IMG/VR virus record: IMGVR_UViG_3300007643_000002
Location: 1 to 27,038 of that record
From: a virus
Taxonomy: Duplodnaviria; Caudoviricetes
DNA: 27,038 bases
Direction: 5' to 3' (one strand)
This document shows positions 8,030 to 15,515 of the stretch, piece by piece. The notes under the pieces are model-generated. The model was not told the DNA's origin. It saw only the letters and a program-made list of their open reading frames with translations, and searched no databases. The translations under genes and the position numbers were made by a program. Positions within the stretch are counted from its first letter, which is position 1; the number at the start of each line of letters is the position of its first letter.

Positions 8030-10708
8030 TTAGTTAGTGACGACGTTCCAGCCGTTGGTCGTGAGGGTCGCTGCGTCGAGAAGGCCCGCTGCTGATGGTG
8101 CGGCGTTGACAGGTCCATCGAGAGTCAACTCTTGGGAGCCGACCGGGGTGACGGCAGCGGCGACCATGTCCGCCAATAGCTGGTCGATTTCGGTCTGTGT
8201 GAGCCCACCTGCAGATGCAGCACTGTATGACAGGTCCAGGGCTGTATTTATGGCTGGAGCAAACGACGTCGGCCATGTCACCGTTGAAGGCGTCATGGCG
8301 AGAGTGAACGTGAGTAGCCCCGCAGGGGCTTGGTCTGCGGGGCCAGAGATAATCGAATCGCCGACGTCGAGCCTCAACCTCGTGAGCCCTGCAGGCAGGT
8401 CCGTCGTGGCGCTGGTGATCACCGTGTTCGACTGGTGGGTCTGGAACGAAGTCAAACCCACAGGCAACTCCAGCCCGGTACCAGTGACCGCTACCTGAGT
8501 GAGGAACGCCGCGAATACTGTTAGCCCAGCGGGGAGAGCGGCCGCAGCGATTGTCAATGTCGAATTGGTTTCGTCGATTTGGACGTTCGTCAGCCCAGCG
8601 GGGAGGGTCGTACCACCGATGTTGCTGCCGGTGTTGCTGAGTAGTAGTGAGGTCAACCCTGCTGGCAGGTTCCCGCCCGTGGGGTCTTGAATGTTGCTGT
8701 TGCTGTTGTTGGCTCTCAGCGTCGTCATGCCTGTTGGCAGGTCTGCGGCGTTGCCGATGATCGACGCAGGCGTATTGAAAGCGTCGAGGATGGTGAGGGT
8801 TCGTGGCAGGTCTGCCGTGCCGCCAGAAAGCGTTGAAGCTGTGCCGTCGATCTGGAGTCTGGTCAACGTTGAGGGCAGATCAGAGACCCCGACGTTTAGG
8901 CCCCATTCGGGCTGGCCGAGCATGTTGATTCGTGTGATGTCAACAGATGTCCGCCACCTGAGCTGCACTGCGCCCGTGTATGCGGCGCCGTAGGTGTGGC
9001 TGTCTGTGCCCCCGGAGGCCGGGTTGGTGACGGTTCCGTCGCCCCACACGAACTGCACGTCGGTCGGTGTTCCAACGTATTCGACGATGACGTTCAGAGT
9101 AGAGGCTGCTACCGCCGCGAAGTTTAGGGTTTGCCACTGGGATACGACGGTTGATGGCGTGCAATTGAAAGGAGCCGACCCGGTGATGCGTGCCTTGTAT
9201 TCGCCCGCCAACGCGTCGGGTGCGAACATGATCGATACCGGCGCATCCGGGGCGGCCCCCAACTGACTCCATTTCGGCAGTACATAATCGCCGGTCGCTT
9301 GCTCGATCAAGATCACTGACGTAACCATGTCGAAGTTGTGGGCGATGTCGACGTTGTTTCCAGCAGGTATGTCTGCTTCTGGCGCCGCGGTCACCACCGG
9401 GCAGTTGAGAGCCCCATACTGAACGCCGACGGGCTCAAGCGAAATTGTCGTCCCGCCATCGAGTGTGACCACATCAAACTGGACAGACGTGTCGCCGCCG
9501 ACGGTAGAAAGATCGCCCAACGTTTCGGCCCACACGCCCTCGGTTTGTCTCCAGTCGAAGACTCGTCCGCCAGTGGCGTCCTGAAGTACTTTCACCCGGA
9601 TTCGTTGCGCCTTGTTATCTGCAGCGGGGTCCCACCCGGTAAACGACAACGGTGAAACGTCCCCGACGAGTGTGAGTTCCGCCGCGTCGTGCCCGGTTAC
9701 GTTCAAGACATAGCCGCCCGTCGCATCTTCTCGTGTGACGGTGACCAGATCGGATGGGATTAGGGGATCTTCGAACGGTGGCGGAACAGTCAGGTTCGTG
9801 CCTGAATGAGTCCACGCTTCGGCTGCTACCGGATTCGGAAAATTGACGATCGCCAAGCCGCCGACCGTTATGGTCGCCCTCTCAACCGTGCCCCGAATAC
9901 ACTCCCTGCCATCGGCCACGCCAGTCCCCAACCGAAACCGAGAACCCACATGAACGGGGACCAACCCATTGAAGAGAGTGACGAAAGGGAAGCTAACGGT
10001 CTCAAGGATTGTGAAGTCCTGCTCTTGGCTGTGTGATATGACTTCGTGTTTCTGTGACGCCACAGAAACGTCGACCTCGATCGTCGCTCCTAGGTGACGA
10101 AAGTCGAGACGAATCAGTAGCTTGCGTGCATCAGTTATCCCAACGTCGTAGACCGTCGAAACGGTCGTCCTCTGCGCCCCGGCAATCCCGTCGTCTGACC
10201 CGTACAGCTGAACCTGGCCGGTGGCGGACAGCCTCGCCGCCCAAGCCCGCAAATCTCCTGCGGTGATGTACTGCCCCAATATTCCCTGGTTGCCGTTCGA
10301 GTAGTCGTCAGAAAGGACAAGCCCCTCAGCCCGAAAATCAACCTGGGGGACCTGGATGGCAGCGCCGCTGATTATGTCCTGACCGCCCCCCGTCGCCAAC
10401 ACAACTGGCGGCTGCTTGGCGAACCAGCGATGTAGGTTGCCGTTGGTGTCTACCCGGTATTCCCACACGTCGCCGTTGGCGTCTGGGAAATCAGCGGTCG
10501 GACGCCACTTCGCTGTGACGCCGTCGGACTCGACCAGCTCGTGGCTGATGTTGTTGTCGATCGTCGTGTAGATCGTCCCGACATGAGCGGCCGTCAGGGT
10601 CGGCAGAGCAGCAGCGTTCGCCACTTTCGGGTAGCCGAAGTCGCGTAGCTCCGCCTGGACCCCATCGCCGACTGCCTGTAGATGTTGATCGACGATACGG
10701 TCAGGCAT
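8030..10708 (-). CDS. Modular adhesin: fibre N-terminus, lectin-like beta domain, PKD-like domain and leucine-rich repeats
   Basis: 892 aa; FVWGDGT...SHTY (PKD-like) followed by nine ~23-aa xLPxxLTxL repeats and a capping segment ending LTTNGWNVVTN. Confidence 0.75.
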   Translation of the reverse strand: MPDRIVDQHLQAVGDGVQAELRDFGYPKVANAAALPTLTAAHVGTIYTTIDNNISHELVESDGVTAKWRPTADFPDANGDVWEYRVDTNGNLHRWFAKQPPVVLATGGGQDIISGAAIQVPQVDFRAEGLVLSDDYSNGNQGILGQYITAGDLRAWAARLSATGQVQLYGSDDGIAGAQRTTVSTVYDVGITDARKLLIRLDFRHLGATIEVDVSVASQKHEVISHSQEQDFTILETVSFPFVTLFNGLVPVHVGSRFRLGTGVADGRECIRGTVERATITVGGLAIVNFPNPVAAEAWTHSGTNLTVPPPFEDPLIPSDLVTVTREDATGGYVLNVTGHDAAELTLVGDVSPLSFTGWDPAADNKAQRIRVKVLQDATGGRVFDWRQTEGVWAETLGDLSTVGGDTSVQFDVVTLDGGTTISLEPVGVQYGALNCPVVTAAPEADIPAGNNVDIAHNFDMVTSVILIEQATGDYVLPKWSQLGAAPDAPVSIMFAPDALAGEYKARITGSAPFNCTPSTVVSQWQTLNFAAVAASTLNVIVEYVGTPTDVQFVWGDGTVTNPASGGTDSHTYGAAYTGAVQLRWRTSVDITRINMLGQPEWGLNVGVSDLPSTLTRLQIDGTASTLSGGTADLPRTLTILDAFNTPASIIGNAADLPTGMTTLRANNSNSNIQDPTGGNLPAGLTSLLLSNTGSNIGGTTLPAGLTNVQIDETNSTLTIAAAALPAGLTVFAAFLTQVAVTGTGLELPVGLTSFQTHQSNTVITSATTDLPAGLTRLRLDVGDSIISGPADQAPAGLLTFTLAMTPSTVTWPTSFAPAINTALDLSYSAASAGGLTQTEIDQLLADMVAAAVTPVGSQELTLDGPVNAAPSAAGLLDAATLTTNGWNVVTN
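8280..8885 (-). repeat. Nine ~21-24-aa LRR-like protein repeats
   Basis: Repeat starts: DLPSTLTRL, DLPRTLTIL, DLPTGMTTL, NLPAGLTSL, TLPAGLTNV, ALPAGLTVF, ELPVGLTSF, DLPAGLTRL, QAPAGLLTF. Confidence 0.85.
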
Positions 10709-11617
10709 TTAACCGGCGAACCAGTACGTGCAGCGGTAGCCATTCAAGGCCGGAGTGGTCAGCGTGTTGATCACAATGTTCGTGTCATCGTTCGTCACAT
10801 CAGCACCGACCCGAGCGTCATCAGATTCACGAGTGATCTGCACAACAAGCTGATGCCCGGCCAGGCCGACGATGCCGTGAGCGACAGTGAACGTTTGCGC
10901 CGCAGCATCACCGAACAAGAAGGACCCGCCACGGTTGTCGATCATCGTGTCGACATCGGTAACCGTCGGCACCGACAACGCAGCGTTAGCCACAATCTCG
11001 GCCGCAGTCGCCAGACGAACAACACCCTCGACCGTTGTCGTGGCCGAAGTGACACCAGCAGACGGCCCGATAGTCGACCACGCCTGAGCGTCAGTGCCGA
11101 CCGTGACATCGTCAGCGGTCTGCATCATCAGCTTGTCTTGATTGGCCGTTCCCTCTTCGACAGCGACAACCGCGGCGTCAGCCTCCGAACCGCCATCAAG
11201 ATCGGTGACCCGAGTCATCGGAACGGCCGCGCCGTTCCACAGGTAAATGCCGTTCTCGATCGGGTCGGTATTCCCGCCGATCAACAAACGATCACCAGCG
11301 ACCATCGCCACGCCATCGATCGTCGCGCCAGGCGCAGCGATCGGAACATCAACAGCGAGCTCGGCGGCACGAACAGCGGCCTTGACGTTGTTGACCTGCT
11401 GATCGATCAGCTTCCGCCACTTGTTGTTGACAGCATCCCAATAGGCGATACAACCCGAGGCCGTCACGTACGCGATTTCACCGGCAGTGTTGCCCGTGGT
11501 TGTGGCGTTCATTGCCGCTTCGGAACCGAACGGGCGCCAACCGAACTGGAGCAGCTTGGCCCGGTCTACACCAGTACCATCCGCTTGGAGATCGACATCA
11601 ATAATCTGGTCAGGCAT
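10709..11617 (-). CDS. Fibre/decoration-type virion protein
   Basis: 302 aa; VKAAVRAA...TIDGV.MVAGDRLL...ENGIY...TRVTD is a widespread phage fibre/decoration motif; ATTTVEGVVRLAT is a tail-fibre repeat; GGGGAG RBS. Confidence 0.75.
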   Translation of the reverse strand: MPDQIIDVDLQADGTGVDRAKLLQFGWRPFGSEAAMNATTTGNTAGEIAYVTASGCIAYWDAVNNKWRKLIDQQVNNVKAAVRAAELAVDVPIAAPGATIDGVAMVAGDRLLIGGNTDPIENGIYLWNGAAVPMTRVTDLDGGSEADAAVVAVEEGTANQDKLMMQTADDVTVGTDAQAWSTIGPSAGVTSATTTVEGVVRLATAAEIVANAALSVPTVTDVDTMIDNRGGSFLFGDAAAQTFTVAHGIVGLAGHQLVVQITRESDDARVGADVTNDDTNIVINTLTTPALNGYRCTYWFAG

Positions 11618-11647
11618 TTCTCATAACTCCCCTTTAGTGGAACTTGG

Positions 11648-12421
11648 TTAGGTGGCGACCGAATGGCCGGTACGGGCAGACCCGAACTCGATCTGAACGG
11701 TGTTCAAGTCGATGAACGAAACTTGGCCGGTCACCGGAGAACCCGGCGCCGTCGGATCGAGCCCGTCGAACACACTGATCGAAACGTTCCGGCCGAGACC
11801 GTGAGCGTGAATCCATGTGGTCGAAGCGACCGTTTGAATGTGGACATCAGAATCAATGTCGGTGCCGCCACCGGTGGCCGACTCGGCCGACACGTAAGCG
11901 CCGGCCGTAGCGTCCCACCGGTAGATCCCCGGCTGGTTGACCCCATCGATGGCGGTCAACACGAACAGCTCGACACCCTCAACCAACGGCAGCGTCACAC
12001 CGAGGTCGACTTCGTTGTTGCCCGTTGCCGGTGTGATCGTCGGGATAGAAACAACATCGGGCACGGTCAAACTCCTGCGAACCATAAAAGACGAATTGAG
12101 ATCCTGCGGTGTGGCCGGGAACGTGCGGACACCGCCCGCCTCCTCGACCACAATGTCAATCGACACCAAACCTGGATGGGCCGACATCTCAGCAACAAGC
12201 GGCGTTGTCGTAGTCCCATTTGTAGGATCACCGACGATGTCGGCAGCCCATGCACCGAGAACCGTTTTGGTTTCCTCGTGGCGCAACACCCAAAAGATTC
12301 GGGTAGCGGCAGAAAAATCGATTGGGACACCGACCCGCGCCGGCCAGACCGGGTCGTTCAACACCTGCCGCACCAAGGCCGGGAGTGTGTCGCCCTGTTT
12401 CACCGTCGTACCAACAGCCAT
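11648..12421 (-). CDS. BppU N-terminal-like baseplate/fibre adaptor protein
   Basis: 257 aa; VKQGDTLPAL...PIDFSAAT...DPTNG...GGVRTFP is the BppU-like pattern; C-terminal HIQTVASTTWIHAHGLG...TVQIEF module. Confidence 0.7.
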   Translation of the reverse strand: MAVGTTVKQGDTLPALVRQVLNDPVWPARVGVPIDFSAATRIFWVLRHEETKTVLGAWAADIVGDPTNGTTTTPLVAEMSAHPGLVSIDIVVEEAGGVRTFPATPQDLNSSFMVRRSLTVPDVVSIPTITPATGNNEVDLGVTLPLVEGVELFVLTAIDGVNQPGIYRWDATAGAYVSAESATGGGTDIDSDVHIQTVASTTWIHAHGLGRNVSISVFDGLDPTAPGSPVTGQVSFIDLNTVQIEFGSARTGHSVAT

Positions 12422-12424
12422 GCC

Positions 12425-13504
12425 TCAGCTCCCCGGTGGAACGGTTAGAACGAAATGAGCGTGAGCCTCGCCCGCTCCCGCAGACCACACGGCACCAGCC
12501 GGGGTCTCGGTCGTGTTCGAAGCGCCTCTCGATGCGATAGTGAAGCGGCGCCAGTCGGTCGCCCCGCCAAGGCCAGTGCCATCGAGGTGGACCGCGTAGC
12601 CTGTCGGGTGCGTCGTCATTTGATGCTGCTGCTGTGTGGTCGACAGGGCGAACACTAGGTAGTCGTCGACCACCGTGGCCGACGGGTAGCCGGTGTTCGC
12701 GTCGGTGTTCACGACCGGCCCGTAACCGTTGACCTTCGGCACCAGCCGGTCCAGACCGACAAGCCCCACTTGTTGGTGCTGCTCGCCGGCCAGCTTCTCG
12801 TAACCGAACGTGTAGTTCGCCGCGCCGTCGTCAGTGAACGACCACACCCGCACGCGCTGCACAAACTGGTAGACCGAAGCAGGCTGAACCTCGTAATCGA
12901 TGACCGTCGTGGCGTTCGCTGGTTCTATCCACTGGTCGCCAGCGTTGTCGTAACCAGGCCCCGACACCACAGCGATAGCTATGAGCGTCCCGCCTGTGCC
13001 CTGGATCGGGTTAGGTAGTGTCCTAGTCGAAGCGCCACGACTAAAGCTCGCGTTCGCTACGTTCGCCTGAATCGACGGCTGCTGTATCTCTGCGGTCGGC
13101 GTCGATATCCAAGCAGGTTCGACCTCGGTTAGCCGAGTGAACCCGACACCCTCGGCCCGCATCTGAATCTCAATGAAGTACGGCCGTGACGATTCGGCGC
13201 CATCGAGGACCTTCACCCACTTAGTCAGATCGCCAGTAGTTGAACTGTTGAGCGCTTTCTCTTCGGTCGCCCACTGCCCACCGAGGTCATCCGTGGCGAC
13301 CAGGCGGACATGGCCGGAAGCCGAGGGCGAAACGTTGGCGCTGAAACTGCAGCCAATCCACCAATCGCCGGACGTGTCCGGCGGCGATGACCTGAACCTT
13401 TCGACCGTTGTCCAGCTGGACGACGCCGCTATCCGGTTCGCTCCGGTGCCGCCCATCCTGGCGAACTCCCCACTAAACCGAGGCGGCCACAGTGTTGCAA
13501 CCAT
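12425..13504 (-). CDS. Minor tail/baseplate protein
   Basis: 359 aa, beta-rich; follows the Tal-like gene with a TGATG overlap. Confidence 0.6.
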   Translation of the reverse strand: MVATLWPPRFSGEFARMGGTGANRIAASSSWTTVERFRSSPPDTSGDWWIGCSFSANVSPSASGHVRLVATDDLGGQWATEEKALNSSTTGDLTKWVKVLDGAESSRPYFIEIQMRAEGVGFTRLTEVEPAWISTPTAEIQQPSIQANVANASFSRGASTRTLPNPIQGTGGTLIAIAVVSGPGYDNAGDQWIEPANATTVIDYEVQPASVYQFVQRVRVWSFTDDGAANYTFGYEKLAGEQHQQVGLVGLDRLVPKVNGYGPVVNTDANTGYPSATVVDDYLVFALSTTQQQHQMTTHPTGYAVHLDGTGLGGATDWRRFTIASRGASNTTETPAGAVWSAGAGEAHAHFVLTVPPGS

Positions 13505-14661
13505 CAGGTAACCCCCCGTTTCGTGGCCTCAGCCAACGCCCTAATCGACGCGACCTCGGCAACCAACTTCGACACATCCCGCAAATCGCGGGAACCGAAC
13601 TCAACCGACCGCTCCCACTCGCCGCCAGTACCAGTCAACGAGACCTGAACGACCGGCAACTGCTCAAACACGTAATCGCCAGAGATCGTCGGCACAGCGA
13701 CCTCGGCCAACCATCCGACGTCCAAGTCATTACCCCACAATGTGGCGTCAGGATCGACCGCCGTAACCGTCGTCTTAGGCCCCAACACCGCCGCCTGGCG
13801 GTCAACATGATCTTGAAGTTCAGCGCCAGACATGGACGGCTGATTCTCCAACTGCTCACGGTAACGACCGAGCCAAGTACTGTCGTGCGTCGAAGCCGTG
13901 CGAACTTCCCGCGCTGGTGCCGTCGTATCCGCACCAACGCCGATGATCTCTGTAGCCGTAGCTACCGTTCGGGTGACCGACACCTTCTGAATGTTCCCGT
14001 CACGTGCAGAGAACTTCGTAGCCGAAACCGGCCGAGGCAGGATCTCCCATTGCAGCTCGGCCGCCGCTGGCGTCTGAGCAGGAACGAACTTGCGTTGCAG
14101 GTAGTAGTCAGTGCCTTCAAGTAGTTCCCTGATAAGCCGTAGGCATTCGGCGCCCTGCGGCCTAACCGTCGTATTCGGCAGCGCCGACCCGCCAGCGAAC
14201 ACATCACAAGGCCACGGCGGCTCACGCTGGACATCAAGCGAATAGATACCCGCCAACTGGATGAACTGCGTGGCGACCGATACCGGGTCGCCAGTGGCCG
14301 AGGCTGTAGCGTACTGCCACCAGTTCGCCTCGGCCGCCGACGGCCGGGCCAACCTGTCAGCCAACAGCACGTTGAAGTCGGAACCGCTAGCGGTCCATAC
14401 CTGGCCCTTGCCGAACACGTCATCGATGCGGAGACTTTCGAGCAGTCCTGTGTATCGCCAGCTTGTGTCAGCGTCGCGTATCGCCACCCCGGGCCGATCC
14501 GCCGAAGCCCAGTCGGCCAGCAGGCCACGGTTAGCATCAACCGTCGGCGCCTCGAACGACCACGACCCAACGTGGCCGTCGCGCTCCACAGCGGAAACGC
14601 TGCGCCAGCCATTCAAGTGGCCGACCACATCGAGCGAATCGAGCAGTTCGACGATCAGCAA
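13504..14661 (-). CDS. Baseplate hub/Tal, ReqiPepy6 gp37-like minor tail protein
   Basis: 3' part of ORF 13504..14769; likely TTG start at 14661 overlapping the Dit stop (start uncertain). WRSVSAVERDGHVGSWSFEAP and LLADRLARP fit this family, as does the position after Dit. Confidence 0.7.
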   Translation of the reverse strand: MLIVELLDSLDVVGHLNGWRSVSAVERDGHVGSWSFEAPTVDANRGLLADWASADRPGVAIRDADTSWRYTGLLESLRIDDVFGKGQVWTASGSDFNVLLADRLARPSAAEANWWQYATASATGDPVSVATQFIQLAGIYSLDVQREPPWPCDVFAGGSALPNTTVRPQGAECLRLIRELLEGTDYYLQRKFVPAQTPAAAELQWEILPRPVSATKFSARDGNIQKVSVTRTVATATEIIGVGADTTAPAREVRTASTHDSTWLGRYREQLENQPSMSGAELQDHVDRQAAVLGPKTTVTAVDPDATLWGNDLDVGWLAEVAVPTISGDYVFEQLPVVQVSLTGTGGEWERSVEFGSRDLRDVSKLVAEVASIRALAEATKRGVT

Positions 14662-15515
14662 TTTTCGTACCTGTTGATCCAAGTGAAATCGAACGTACCG
14701 ATCGACGAATCGCCGTTCTGGTTTAGCCCCGAAACGTTGATGAAGTTCCGGCCCGGTTCGAGACCCCACAATTCAGACGGTGCATCAAACTCCCAGATGC
14801 GCGCCCCGCCATTCAAGAACGCCCCGGTCTCGCCACGCGGGTCGGTGCGGATCTCGAGGGTGTCGCCGATGTTCTCGAGCTTTTCGGTGAACCGCCACGT
14901 CTGCCCGGTGCGAAGGTTCATCGCCGTGATGTTCTCGGTGACGCCCGTGATTGTCCATGTCGGCCAAACTTTGGCTGTCGCATCGATAACAAGGTTGATG
15001 TGGTTGATCCCACCGCCGAAAGCGTTATTGAACTTCCTCGGAGCGATACCCGATATCGCACCGACACCATCGATCCAGTACGGATCATGCGCCCGGAACC
15101 TCAACCGCAACTCAGCGTTGTCGACCAGGAAATTCTGGACAGCAACACCATCGAGCCCGGAAATGTAGCGAGCGAAAATCGACCGGCGCGTATTCCTCGT
15201 GCCCGCCGTTTCAACCTCGATCTCGACATCAACCTCGACGTCGCGAACCATCTCCGTCAGCTGTTCAATCAGGTTGTCTTGCTCGCTGTTCGTCGCCTCA
15301 GCGATCCTGACCGGAAGGATCAGGTCTCTCGGTGCGTAACCGGTCGATGAGACAACCTCGCCGGGGAGTCCACCGAGACGGCCTGCGTTGACAATCACCG
15401 GAGACGTACCCCACAGCGAAGCGTTCTGCGCCAGGTGGAACGGGCCGCCAGGGCAGGCCAACACGATCCGGTCGCCCTTCGTGCCCGACAGGGTTACGGT
15501 TCGTTCGACGGTCAC
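14655..15515 (-). CDS. Distal tail protein (Dit)
   Basis: 286 aa directly after the TMP (GTGA overlap); PRDLILPVRI, LRFRAHDPYW, VWPTWTITG and LWGLEPGRN are siphovirus Dit motifs. Confidence 0.85.
   Translation of the reverse strand: MTVERTVTLSGTKGDRIVLACPGGPFHLAQNASLWGTSPVIVNAGRLGGLPGEVVSSTGYAPRDLILPVRIAEATNSEQDNLIEQLTEMVRDVEVDVEIEVETAGTRNTRRSIFARYISGLDGVAVQNFLVDNAELRLRFRAHDPYWIDGVGAISGIAPRKFNNAFGGGINHINLVIDATAKVWPTWTITGVTENITAMNLRTGQTWRFTEKLENIGDTLEIRTDPRGETGAFLNGGARIWEFDAPSELWGLEPGRNFINVSGLNQNGDSSIGTFDFTWINRYENC

Noticed and set aside
10682-12448. Long plus-strand ORFs (314 aa and 261 aa) and similar ones throughout the window
   Set aside because: They mirror convincing minus-strand genes and have no recognisable features.
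14662-14769. N-terminal extension of ORF 13504..14769
   Set aside because: Overlaps the Dit 3' end; family-like sequence begins only at about LLIVELLD.
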